Shown: one piece after another, positions 13,391-27,374 of the stretch | How positions within the stretch are numbered: the stretch's first letter is position 1 | Layout: every line of letters begins with the position of its first letter | Source: Eledone cirrhosa | Taxonomy: Eukaryota | Assembly: GCA_964016885.1 (NCBI GenBank) | Contig: OZ024746.1 | Coordinates: forward strand, 49,724,001 to 49,788,000 | Direction of reading: 5' to 3' | Length of the DNA: 64,000 bases | Notes under the pieces: generated by a model | The model's input: only the letters and a program-made list of their open reading frames with translations | What the model was told of the DNA's origin: nothing | The model's database searches: none | Program-made: the position numbers and the translations under genes

Positions 13391-14146
13391 ATAAAGCATG
13401 GCCTATGGCCCAGCGGGGCTGGTATATTGTTATTAATAATTTAGCGTCAAAAAGCCAGAAAAAATATATATTGCCATAAAAAATCGTGGAAGATATTTAC
13501 GATTCCACGATTATGCGGTGGTTTCCACGAACAAGTATATAGTTAGGTTCTAAGGAACATTCCTTAGAATTGCCGGAACCACGAATACCAGGACCGCGAA
13601 TGCCGGGGTACAATATATATCTTTCAATTTTATTTCATCAAAGATCTAGTTCCTTTCATTCTCTTTTTATTTCTCTCGTGCCTTGCCTGAAAGTATTTAC
13701 GACAAACGCGAGACAGAAGTCACAGAAAAATAATACACAATTAAGTTTAAATATTTTATAAATTATAAAATCACTCAGCTATCAATTTGATTTCTATTTG
13801 TTGTAATGTTTGGAATAGTCTTGCCTTACTTAAGCTAGAAAATATCATTGGATTAGACATACACACACAGAGACACAAACACACAGACACACACACACAC
13901 ACAGACACACATACACACACACAGACACACACACACACACACACACAGACACACAGACACAGACACACATACACAGACACAGACACACACACACGCAGAC
14001 ATACACACACACACGCAGACATACACACACAGACAGAGACACAGGCACACACACAGACTCACACAGACACATACACACACACTCATACAGACACCCACCC
14101 ACCCACACACACACTCACAGACACCCCCACACATACACACACACAG

Positions 14147-14179
<33 letters not shown>

Positions 14180-14484
14180 TACACACACAAAGAGACAGAG
14201 ATAGAGAGAGAGAGAGAGAGACAACTTTTATTTGAAACTGTCTCCATGTCTGAGAAAGTCATCTAAATAGGAAGACACGGACGTAATAAAGCTGTAAAAT
14301 AAACTTGTAGTTAACTGTCACTGCTTCAGATTGTTTGGAATTGTAGTTTCTGGATAAAATAAACAAACGAAACAAACTCAGACATACATAAAAGAGACAT
14401 TAAAGTAAATAGGCAGAAACATACAGAGTGATAAACAGAGCAAACGGGAGAAAACTATACATATATTATTACATCTGTCTATCT

Positions 14485-14545
<61 letters not shown>

Positions 14546-14591
14546 CACACGCACTCACACTCACGCATATACATATATATATGTATAAATG

Positions 14592-15771
14592 AATGAAAGG
14601 TATAGAAATTGTTTTAGCGAGAAGCTAACAGTATTCTATAACATATATGCGACTATGTCGTCAAGATGGAAAAAATAGTTAACGTAAGATGTAGGAAAAA
14701 TAATTCAAACTCATCTCAAAAGAGAATCAGGATACAAATTCATCCACAGAATTTAGTGAAATCCTGGGAAAAATCAATAGACCCTTAACTCATGATAAAA
14801 TAAAGTTTAAAATACTTATCCTTCAGTTTGGAAAAACATCAAATGCTCTGCATAGTCTTAAAGACTATTTCATGAAAACTTTCAGTGGAGATGGTTACGG
14901 TTGGATTTCAATCGTCAGCAGAGCTCAACAGATAACCAGGGCTCCCACAGAATTATAAGCCAAAAAGGGAATTCTAAAACTGGCTAGTTCACCATCATGC
15001 GTGATTATGAAAAACGCACATGAGGAAATACGGGGCTAGTGACGTCAGGATGAAAATGAATGTTTGTTTACAAGAAATAACAGTCAAATACATTCCGAAA
15101 AAACTCTACAACAGGGGTTCAGCAAACAGCAATATTATCGCAGTTTTTATTAAAAAACCGGGATTAGGCACAGAAAATTTAAGCACTCAAGGAAAAGAAT
15201 CCGAGTATAAGTATAAATGAAAGGTATGGAAATTGTTTTAGCGAGAAGCTAACAGTATTCTATAACATATATGCGACTATGTCGTCAAGATGGGAAAAAT
15301 AGTTAACGTAAGATGTAGGAAAAATAATTCAAACTCATCTCAAAAGAGAATCAGGATACAAATTCATCCACAGAATTTATTGAAATCGAGGGAAAAATCA
15401 ATAGACCCTTAACTCATGATAAAATAAAGTTTAAAATACTTATCCTTCAATTTGGAAAAACATCAAATGCTCTGTATAGTCTTAAAGACTATTTCATGAA
15501 AACTTTCATTGGAGATGGTCACGGTTGGATTTCAATCGTCAGCAGAGCTCAACAGATAACCAGGGCTCCCACAGAATTATAAGCCAAAAAGGGAATTCTA
15601 AAACTGGCTAGTTCACCATCATGCGTGATTATGAAAAACGCACATGAGGAAAACGGGGCTAGTGACGTCAGGATGAAAATGAATGTTTGTTTACAAGAAA
15701 TAACAGTCAAATACATTCCGAAAAAACTCTACAAAAGGAGTTCAGCAAACAGCAATATTATCGCAGTTTTT
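14592..15771. repeat. Direct tandem duplication, period ~624 bp (14592-15148 and 15216-15771)
   Basis: Two near-identical ~556-bp copies read directly. Confidence 0.9.
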
Positions 15772-15782
15772 TTGTATGCATG

Positions 15783-15833
<51 letters not shown>

Positions 15834-16021
15834 TGTATATATATATGAAATATATATGTAATGTATATGTATATGTGTATACATACACACACACACATAT
15901 ATATATATATATATTCATATGAATATATATATATATTTATATGAATAATATACACACACATATATATGTATATATATATAAGTATATATACATATGAATT
16001 ATATATATATATATATACTTA

Positions 16022-16085
<64 letters not shown>

Positions 16086-16107
16086 TATGTATATATATAT
16101 ATGAATA

Positions 16108-16189
<82 letters not shown>

Positions 16190-16202
16190 GTATATATATA
16201 TG

Positions 16203-16297
<95 letters not shown>

Positions 16298-16308
16298 GTA
16301 TATATATG

Positions 16309-16404
<96 letters not shown>

Positions 16405-16557
16405 GTAGGGGGTGAGTTTTATTGTAGTACAATAAAGCAATGCAGATATCGGATAAGAAGCACTCTACAGTTTGTGGGACTGGAGTATGCATAATATAAG
16501 ATCAAAAGATGGTTAAAGGAGTTCAATATATTTTATTATGCGCATTTCAAAAACAAA

Positions 16558-17353
16558 TAAATGCTTCCCTCCCTCACATATCTATAGTAAAATATTTAAC
16601 AAACACACCATCAAATTTTCGTATTCTACATCCTCCAATATTTCCAACATCATCTCTAAACACAACAACAAAATATTAAATACTAAATCTCTTCCTTCCA
16701 ATATTGAATTTCATAATAACAATAATAGTACTCCTGACGTCATTGTAAACCCTAGGCTAACTTCTGTAAACCCAAATGCAACGTCAAACACAACTTCGCT
16801 AAATGTTCATAATCCAACTCTAAATCAAGAAACTATTATTCCTATTATTCCTATCGCAAACAACTTCTCCAATCCAATTCCTTCTATAGATAACACTAGA
16901 TCACTCATTAATAATCTCTCTAATTGCAACTGCCGCATTAAAAATAAATGTCCTCTCAACAACCATTGCCTCGATAAAAACTTAATTTATGAATGTAAAA
17001 TTATAACTAGCACCAATTCCTTCACCTATTTTGGCTCCACTTCCACCTCTTTTAAAGCTCGTCTCTATAATCATCATTCATCTTTCAAATACAAACTTAA
17101 AAGAACTAACACTGCTCTCTCAGAACTCATATGGTCCTTAAAAGACAAAAACATTAAATATAACATCTTTTGGAAAAAGATTTCTTCTGCATCCTCGTAC
17201 TTGAACAGCTCTCTATCTAAAATCTGTAATCTCTGCCTAAATGAAAAATTTACCATTATCTCTAACCTAGAATCCATAATAAATAGACGCTCGGATTTGT
17301 TTTCCATCTGCCTGCATAAATTCCATAGAACTTTTCACAAAGTATACAGTTAA
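16558..17353 (+). pseudogene. PLE ORF C-terminus (linker plus GIY-YIG endonuclease)
   Basis: IFNKHTIKFSYST...CNCRIKNKCPLNNHC...LIYEC...TYFGST...CNLCLNEK. Confidence 0.85.
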
Positions 17354-18551
17354 TATTCAATTCTTTATCAATTTAGAATCTTTTCTCAAAGGCACATATA
17401 CATACACCTCTTTAAAATATACCCATCTACCTTACTTTAAAGGGCATTATACACTCTATAATACTCGTTTACTCATTACCCTCATCCTATCTTCTCGTAA
17501 AACAATAACATTTGTTTTTGACATTTTGAATATTCATCCGCAATCATTATTATTTTTTTCCCTCTATCATAAATCTTTTTAATCTCAATTTCATCCTTAA
17601 TTTATTATTATATATTTTTTTAATATATACTCATATATTCTTTAAAATATACCCATCTACCTTACTTTAAAGGGCATTATACACTCTATAATACTCGTTT
17701 ACTCATCACCCTCATTCTATCTCCTCGTAAAACAATAACATTTGTTTTTGACATTTTGAGTATTCATCCGCAATCATTATTATTTTTTCTCTCTATCATA
17801 AATCTTTTTAATCTCAATTTCATCCTTAATTTATTATTATTTTTTTCTCCCCATCAACGAACTCATTATTAATACATATGAATTCAATATACAAACTTTA
17901 ACTTCACATTATTTTTCTCAAATCCTTCTACACATAAACTTTTTCTCTTTGCTAATTTTAAAATTCCTACATTTCTTCTTTTGACGTTAGAATATTCACC
18001 CACAATTATTATTTTTTTCTCTCTATCTTCATACACAATTTCCCTTCGTTAATTTTCAAATTCCTTTAATTTATACATTATCTTCCAACGGTTCCCAACC
18101 TCTCTATATTAAAACATTATATCTTTTTCTCAGTTATAAAAACTATCTCTTTCTCTCTATCACCCATCTCTCCCTTTCCACCTTCACTCTCATCTCCTCC
18201 CCTTTTTTTCATCCTTTCCACCCCCCCCCCTCCCTAAATATAATATATTTTTTCCTCGCACATATCCTCCCTTCGTTAATTTTCAAAATTTTTAATTTAT
18301 ACAGTATCTTCCAACGGTTTTCAACCCCTCTATATAAAATATATCTCCTCTCAGTTATAAAAACTATCTCTTTCTCTCTATCACCCATCTCTCCCTCTCA
18401 TCTCCTTCCCTTTTCATCCTTTTCTCTCCCCCCCTCTCTAAATAAAATATTTTTCCCAATATCACACATCAATCAAAAACCACTTTTCATATGTTGATTT
18501 AAAACTGCACTATCAACAAGTGTTTTTTTAGCCTTCATATCATGTTCTCCT

Positions 18552-18620
18552 GTTTTATCTGATGAAAACACAAATATTATTGTTTGATGATGTTTGTTTT
18601 TGAAATGCGCATAATAAAAT
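18552..18620 (+). ncRNA. Type I hammerhead ribozyme with long stem II
   Basis: gttttat-CTGATGA-aaacacaaatattatt(gttt)gatgatgtttgttttt-GAAA-tgcgca-TA-ataaaat. Confidence 0.8.
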
Positions 18621-18656
18621 ATATTGAACTCCTTTAACCATCTTTTGATCTTATAT

Positions 18657-18858
<202 letters not shown>

Positions 18859-18869
18859 CATATATATAC

Positions 18870-18961
<92 letters not shown>

Positions 18962-19426
18962 TTATGTATATATATATATATATATGTATATGTATATATG
19001 TATGTATATATGAGTTTACATGTATATATAAATAGACGGAGAAAAATTTCATTATGGATGTTATAGTTATTTTTTTTGTTCACGACGAAAATGTATGGCA
19101 GAAATCTATTATCAAATATCTCACTAAACTCATATTAGTTAAGCTGGTACAAAAATCCTGTTTTATTGCGACTTTCATTTTATTGCATAACATAACGTTT
19201 ATTATCATAACTAGATAACCAGATGAATGGAGATTATTTCATGTATATTCATGTATATTTTAGATGTAATATTGCTCTATCTAACACGCACACACGTACA
19301 CATATATCAATATATACATATATATATACATATGTGTATCTATGTATGTGTATCTATGTATGTATATATATATAACACCAAATTTATGTCTACATATTAT
19401 GTAATGTAATTTTCCTTTCATAAACA

Positions 19427-19527
19427 GGTTGACTTTGCCTTTCATCCTTACGGGGTCGATAACATAAAGTACCAGTAATGAACTGGGTAATTGCTGGCCT
19501 TGTGCCTAAAGTAGAGACAATTATTTA
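19427..19527 (+). mobile_element. SINE fragment with conserved central domain
   Basis: gttgactttgcctttcatccttacggggtcgataa...agtaccag resembles a widespread SINE core common in octopus repeats (recollection, not searched). Confidence 0.55.
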
Positions 19528-19729
19528 ACGACAAGAAATAAATCCATATATATAAACATAAGAGTTTATACATACATACATATATATATATATACACATA
19601 TATATACATTATATTATACATACATACATATATACATACATATATATATATACATATATATACATTATATTATACATACATACATATATACATACATACA
19701 TATATATATATACATATATTTATATATAT

Positions 19730-19909
<180 letters not shown>

Positions 19910-20133
19910 TTGAAAATTGCAAACTTGACTGTCACCATACATTATGAACCTGAAGATTGCGAAAGTATGAAAGTACTTGTTCAAGTAACACTTAACATTT
20001 AATATTCTGCCATGCTATTTCATTCTAATACCATTATAAATTTTAAAAGATTGTAAATAAAACGAGTAAATCAGACAAAGTTAGAATTCCTTTTATTAAT
20101 ATAATCTTCTATACACACTCATACACACCAGTA

Positions 20134-20212
<79 letters not shown>

Positions 20213-20235
20213 TTATTTATCTATCTATCTATCTG
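20134..20235. repeat. (TATC)n tract upstream of a Tx1 copy
   Basis: Direct reading. Confidence 0.95.
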
Positions 20236-20632
20236 TATATCTATAATCTAGCTGTCGTCTGTTCGATAGCGTAGACGTAATTCACTTCGCGCAGAAGTTT
20301 TGTTCCAATTTATTGCGGAAATTGTGTAAGTTTAATTTTAATTTTGATACTATTGTGTAGCTTGATCCCCCCCCCCCCCGTCTGAACTGTCAGGCGGTGG
20401 GTCAGCTCATTTTCGCCCCTCCCAGGGGTGAAAAGATTGTTTTTAAAAATTTTGTTGCATAAAATTTCAATCGTCTGTGAGAAATGTTAAACGAAGCTAA
20501 CGAAAATAGTGGTAGGGGGACAGCGGTAAGAGTTGTAAGCTCGCACGCTTTAGTCTCCCCCTTCCTTCCCAACTAACGTCATAGAGAAGGAAAGAAAAAG
20601 TAAAATAAAACCAGACGAATGTGCGGAGAAAA

Positions 20633-22394
20633 ATGTCGACGAGGACACAGGTCTGGAGATTGATTCCAACAATAACAAAAAATATGAAAGAATTGCATGA
20701 TAATATTAATACCACAAACAAAGAAACAACAAACACAAAAATAACATTTGAAAACAGCAACATCATAACAGAAAGCAAAACAGACGACAAAGTCAACACC
20801 AATAACATCTCATTTGCACAAACAACAAAAAAATCTTTAACATACATACCTGAAAATATTTCAGATGTGGCACAAAGAATAAAAAACGCCAAACAATTCA
20901 TAACTCAAGGGGAAAATGGGGCGTTGTCAGTAAAAATGCCCCAAGAACTCACCAAAGATATTGAAAGTCGGACGGTCGTTTTGCGCACCATCAACAGCAT
21001 CTCAAAAAAGTCACAACAACCAACACAAGCAGAAATTAAAGCGGTACTTAGAGAAGTACTTAATGAAGCCACTTTCATAAGAAGAGACAGGCTCTATGGA
21101 AGCCTAGCCATTATTATGAACAACGAATCGGCGGCAAAAAATATGCTTTGTTGCCGATTCGTTCGACAAATTTTACCTTTTATCCATCTTATATGGGTAA
21201 AAGAACTCAGCGCATATAGCTGGATGCGATGATGCCAGATATGGACTACTGCTGGCTCATAGCTGGTTTCATCTATCCAGCGAATGATAACGTGATTTCC
21301 ATTGGGAAAACCACAGGCAATGCGTTCAGTGGAACAGGTATAGAACTTGTAGTGCAAATGAAGCCTGAACGCATTGACCAAATACCCGACAGAATCCTAT
21401 TAGAGGGCCACGGGTATATAAACATTAGCGTGGAGGGGAGAAGGCCATCCTGTCATATCTGTGCAGGCAGAGGGCACCTGAAGGTGGCTTGTCCCCAACT
21501 CAACAAGAAGAAAACCCTGCTACCAACACCAGCTCCACCACCACCACAACAGATAAACAAACAACAAAACTCAGTCCCACCCAACCCGTCCCTCAGTAAA
21601 ACTACACCACCACCACAGCACAAACAGACACAACACATTACCCAAAAACAAAACACAGTCCCACCCAACCCCTCACTCAATAAAACAACACAACCTCCGC
21701 AGCCACAACACACAACACAGTCCAACATAGTATTATCCATCTCCCCCACAAAGAAAACTAACACGGAAACACTACCAGCAAACATACCTCTTCCCTCCAA
21801 CACTGAAGATAACCCAACGAATTCGGAGGAAGAAACGGAGTCCTTCAGACAGATTAAAAGGAAAAAAAGAAAACATGTGCAAAACACACAAGGCCAAACA
21901 GCCCCTACCCAAATGTCAACACAATCCAACAAAACACAAAACACCCCTCCAGCAACAAACAAAACCAAACCTTCCCCTCCCCTCTTCGAAACACTCACAC
22001 CATCCGAAAAAAAGACATTACACTATACTTACATCAACAGAAACAATAATAAATTAAATGAACTCATAAACAATAACCCTTCGGTACAAACCGAAGGGGT
22101 AAACTTTGTTTCTTCAGAAAACTACCCACATTTAAAATTAATAAAGATCCCAATAAACCTCTACCAAAAACTAAAAAAGGATTTTAAGGAGGACATAGGA
22201 CCACCCTCTGTCAAACCCATAAACCGCGTCCTCCTAAAAAGCTTTCCCCCTCCCTTCCCCTCCCCAACACAACTCCAAACACCCCAACCCCACCACACAC
22301 TGACGACCCCACACCACCACAAGACACCCCTTTACCCAACACCCCCGACCCCATGGAAGTCGTGCGACCCGAACCCCGGGAAGCAGAAAGGTAG
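20633..22394 (+). pseudogene. Tx1 ORF1 (gag-like, CHICAGRGHLKVAC knuckle, Pro/Thr-rich linker), frameshifted
   Basis: ORFs 20621-21232 and 21229-22440; homologous to the open ORF1 starting at 62273. Confidence 0.8.
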
Positions 22395-22427
22395 GTCTCT
22401 ACACTCTCCTTTGGCTTTGCCGCCCAC

Positions 22428-25400
22428 ATGGATGTGTTAAGAGTAGGATGTTTGAATGCACGTGGCCTGGGCTCAACTTGGAAGCAAGCAAAGCTTCTAA
22501 ATGACCTCAGGTCACGTGGTATAAATGTAATGGTTATCTGTGAGACTCGGATCAGCGTCGTGCGGCAGCTGGCCCCTACCTTCGATGACTTTGAGGTGCA
22601 CGCATCTCTCTGTCAACCTGGAGGTGGTGGTGCGGTTGTCGTACTGCTGGAAAACACCTGGGTCTCGCCGTACAGGTTGTTCACTCGGACCCGGAAGGTC
22701 GTTTGTTGGTGCTAGACGTTGGCAGTAGTGAAGGTGCGGCCTTGAGACTGGTCGCCGTCTACTCTCCTTTCGGAGCTGAACGACCCGACTTCTTCCAGCG
22801 TCTGGAGACTTTTCTGGGAACGTCGCGTTCCCTGCTTCTAGCGGGGGACTGGAATGACATCCTAGATGCGCGTTGGGACTATGCAGGAGCATGTCCTACT
22901 AGAGGGGTGTGTAACAGCCTCAAGGGGTTACTCGACCGTTTTAACTTGGTCGATAGATATCGACTAGATTTTCCAACTGTGCCAACCTGGACTTGGACGA
23001 ACCACAGTGGTCAATCTAGATCGTACTTAGATAGATTCTTAGTTAGAAGTAAGGATAGGGACATATTAAGCTGTCCAGAAATGCTCACGGTTGGCTATAC
23101 AGATCACAAATTAGTGACCTGCGTAGTCAACCTCGAGAGAACACATAGACAGGGTCCTGGTTACTGGAAACTTAATTCGTCTTTACCGGCAAAAGAGGCT
23201 TACAGAGACCGGATTAGCAGATTAGTTAAGGAGAGGTTGACGGGTGCAATCGTCAACAACCGATGGTGGGCATCTCTCAAAAGAGAGATTAGAACAGAAT
23301 CAATAAGTTATAGCAAGATGTTAGCTGCCGATAGGAATAGGAACGAGAAAGAATTAACAGGTAAATTAGAAGAGGCAATCAAGGGCGAAGATGTGGTCAG
23401 AGTGCTGGCATCGAGGACGGCCTTGAGCCAGTTTTTCGATGCAAAGCACGAAGGCTGCGTCATTCCAAGTAAAATACGTTCTCTAGGTAATGAGGGGGCC
23501 AAAGCCGTTGGCTGGGCCCGCGTGACAGAAGCTAAGAGTGGAAATCGATCCACCATCCGTCTTTGCAAGACGAGGATGGACGGGTGATCCGGGAGCCTAA
23601 GCAGATGTGCGAGGCCTTTCAAAGGCACTTTGTCCGATTGTTCGGGGGAGGAGGGGTTCCGGGCGGGGACGTCGATTTCGGTCAATACCTCGATGGCCTG
23701 CCACGTCTCTCGAGCGAAGAGGCAGAGTCCTGCGAGGGACCAATCTCGGCTGATGAGATCGGGGAAGCGCTGAGCCAATGCAGCAGACGCAAATCTCCAG
23801 GTCTCGATGGTATACCTTACGAACTTTATTTAGCAATGCCGGTCTTCTTCTCCGAACTCCTCTAAGCAGTCTACTGCAATTGGCAGCAGAACGGGATAAC
23901 TCCTTGTCCTGTAGCCAAGGGCGTAGTCTCGCTGGTGAGGAAGGACGAGAACAAGGGGGATAGTATAAATAATGTTCGGCCCATAACCCTGCTAAACACA
24001 GAGCTAAAGATTTTGGCCAAGGTGTTAGCAAAGAGGTTGGCGCTTGTCGTGGTTAGCCTGGTGGGAGATGCGCAGACATGTGCTATCCCATCCAGGTCCA
24101 TTCACGACAACCTCCACCTCATGCGATACATCATAGAGAGGTTTGGCAACAAACCCGGCTTCGGTGGGGCCCTGATCAACTTGGATCAATCTAAGGCGTT
24201 CGATAGGGTCGACCATCTGCGGCGGCTGGGTTCGGTCCTGTTTTCAGAGGCTGTATCACTGCCTTACATAGCAACCACATCTGTTCTAGGATCAAGGTGA
24301 ACAGCTACCTTTCGAAGCCGTTCGAAATCACACGATCCATTCGACAGGGGTGCCCTCTCTCCTCCCTTCTGTACGTATTGACTCTCGAGCTTTTACTGAG
24401 GAAGTTGGAGTTGTTGCAGGGTATCCCCCTGGAACCAGGATTGAACAAAGCGGTGTCGGCCTACGCCGATGACGTAACAATAATGGTATCGACCGACTCG
24501 GAGATCGAGGCGATCGTTACCTTACTGGAGGAATACGAAAGGTTGTCAGGAGTGAAACTGAACCGGGAAACATCCATCGGGTTGCAACTAGGAACGTGGA
24601 GAGGCAGACCGATGCCTCCCGACGGTGTCGTCGGACAATGGACGGAGGGCCCGGTGAAGTTGCTTGGGGTCTGGTTTGGACCGGACCTCCAGGTGGAAAA
24701 GTACTGGGGCGAGGTTACGAGCAAGGTGTTTGCACTGACCCAGAAATGGGCCAAGTGTAAGCCGTCCCTGAAAGGTCGGGCGGAGGTGGCGAACATTTAC
24801 ATAGCGTCCGTCACCTACTACCGCCTGACTGTCGTGCCTTGCCCTAAGGAAACACTCACCACCATGGAACGCATGCTCATTCAATTTCTTTGTAAAAAGC
24901 GCCCTCCTATGGTGAGAAGATCCATCTGCTGCCAACAACGTTTGAAAGGAGGGCTGGAGATGCCGTGGTTGATGATGCGTAGGAACGCATTAAGGCTACG
25001 GCACCTACAAGTATTCCTCACTGGTCAACCGGTGTGGGCTCCGTTCGTGAGACCAGCCTTTCCGAGACTCGTCTCGCTCACCGAGCTGCAGTCCTGGGTC
25101 AAGCAAAGATCTGGAAAACTGGGCGACTGGCACACTGAGTGTGCCCAGGCGCTCAGGGCTCTCTGGCAAGCGGACCCGGCCATCGGTGGAGAATCCACCT
25201 CGTCATTCGATAGAGGGCTGGTGGCTAGCAGGGGCGATGACACCCTTGGAGAGTCGCTGGACATGGAAAAGGACGAACTGGCCAGCCTGTTCGGTAGGAC
25301 TTTCGGCCCGGGACCAATGGACAACTTCCAGAAGTCACTGGCCTGGCAGTGCTACCGGGGGGCACTACCCGTTCGAGAAAAGCTCTACAGACACGGGCGC

Positions 25401-25844
25401 CCGGGCAGGGATCCCTCAAAAAAGATTTGCCCTAGATGCGTGCGTCACGAAGAAACCGTTGCGCACGCATTGGTGCAATGTCCGGGCGTGGCTGAACTGT
25501 GGGGCTACGCCGAACGACTGCTGTCGCGGGTGGCGCCGATTCGATTGACTGCCAAGTCCGTGATGACAATCAAGCCGCCTCCCCTCTTCACAAAGGAAGA
25601 AAAGGCGGTTTTTCTGTGCGTAATAGCCATGTTGAAAGCGGTTGTTTGGTGGACACGATTGAAAGATCTGAGGTCAGGCAACTTCCTCTCTGGCCATAGT
25701 CTGGTCTACTTCTTCCGATATCACTTCGGAAGAAGTATAAGAATGGAGAGAGAGGTGCCTGGCCACAGGCAGTTTTATGAAAGGTGGGTGATAGAGGCGA
25801 GAATGGCTCGTGTAAATGGGCCTTCTCTGTATACTATCCTGTAG
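22428..25844 (+). pseudogene. Tx1 ORF2 (APE endonuclease, RT, CCHC zinc finger), multiple frameshifts and stops
   Basis: LNARGL, GDWN, SYLDRF, TDHK, GPGYWKLN, KSPGLDG, LDQSKAFD, RQGCPLS, YADD, CPRC-x8-H-x4-C. Confidence 0.92.
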
Positions 25845-26094
25845 GTAAAGAAGTGAAGGAGAGGGGAGCACCTTCTCCATGTGCTCCCCGGGCAAAGGAT
25901 TGCACACTTTTTCGGGGGTGTGTGCAACCGCCATCACGTCCCCTCCCTTTTGAGGTTGTTTTTGATTATTTTCATTTTATACATTTTTTACTCGGTTTTA
26001 TGTAAACTCCCCCTTTGTATTTGTCCTTTCTTTTTATGCCTTTATGGTATATAAAGAAATATATCTATCTATCTATATATACATCTATCTATAT

Positions 26095-26915
26095 ATACAA
26101 CACTTTATCCACCGTATGCAGTTCTCTGGCTACAATCAGAGAGATAGAATCAGAGTGTATAGAGGAGCCAGAACCAAATGGGAAAAAATGGTAAATAATG
26201 ACATAAATTGGACCTGCCCCTTGTACAGGAGCAAATTTTGGAATAGAATAGAAAGAACTAGGAACAAGGCTAATAGAATAAACTCATGGTATGATCGCAA
26301 TAAATACCAGAGTATAATGTTCATCGATACAACCCACCAGAGGCGAACTAGCCTACAAATTTAGAAGGGCCCTAAATAAACATAAACTCAATATTAAGAT
26401 AGTAGAAAGACCAGGTACCTCCGTAAAAACACTTATTAGCAAGACATACCCTTTTCAAAGACCCTCATATATAGATAAGAAATGTATAACCTGTAAAATA
26501 AGCCCCCATATTAACTGTAAAACTAGAAATGTAGTGTATAGCATAAGATGTACTGAAGGACAATGTAGAGACAAAAATATAGTGTACATAGGTGAGACAG
26601 CTCGTAGTATAGGGGAACGGATAAATGAACACTGGCGAGACCTTCAAGATAATAAAGAATCATATGTACTCTACCAACATGCTAAGATAGAACACAAGGG
26701 TAAATTAGAGAACATAGAAATAAAACTAGAATCTACACACAGAAAAGATGCAATGTTTAGACAAATTACAGAGGCAATAAACATAAAAGAATTACAACCA
26801 AAATTAAATAGAAAATATGAGTGGAACAGCAACATCACAACTTACAATTAAGGACAAAATGAAAACACACACACACATAGAACAAACAACCAACCAGTAA
26901 CATGTAAATAAATAA
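26095..26915 (+). mobile_element. 5'-truncated Penelope-like element of the family seen at 60108-61295
   Basis: QHFIHRMQFSGYNQRDR...VVYSIRC...YIGETARSIGERI (GIY-YIG). Confidence 0.85.
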
Positions 26916-27058
26916 ATAATTTTATTTTTATTTTTATTTTAATTTTATTTTTATTTTCCCGTACTTTGCCAGGGAACGTTTCCACGAACCAAAGTATCTT
27001 CCTCCGGTTGCATCGTTTTTTGAAATATTCACTTCTGCGTCCACAGATTGACTTTGTT

Positions 27059-27109
27059 AGTTTCAGAAGATCCCGTTAAGGGTGAAAGCAGCGATTCTTT
27101 GCTTAAACT
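27059..27109 (+). ncRNA. Variant hammerhead (CAGAAGA core) in a pLTR fragment (26955-27131)
   Basis: agttt-CAGAAGA-tccc(gttaa)gggt-GAAA-gca(gcgattctt)tgc-TT-aaact; same pLTR as the 30421-35378 element. Confidence 0.7.
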
Positions 27110-27285
27110 TTAATCTGTTATTTTAATAAATATATATATATATATATATACAAAATTTAGTACAGCATCAACGAAGCTCTGGTTGCAGCCAAGCTAACGA
27201 ATACAGTCTTGATGTGCAGCAAATCGAATACAGCGACCGATAGACGGGCCACAGTGACCATAGCGACGAAAAAAAAACTGAACTC

Positions 27286-27363
<78 letters not shown>

Positions 27364-27374
27364 TTAGTCCTATA

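Larger units (their letters stand above)
20245..26058 (+). mobile_element. Full-length degenerate Tx1/L1-clade LINE (copy 1)
   Basis: ORF1 with CCHC knuckle; ORF2 with APE, RT and zinc finger; ends ataaagaa then atatctatctatct. Confidence 0.92.
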
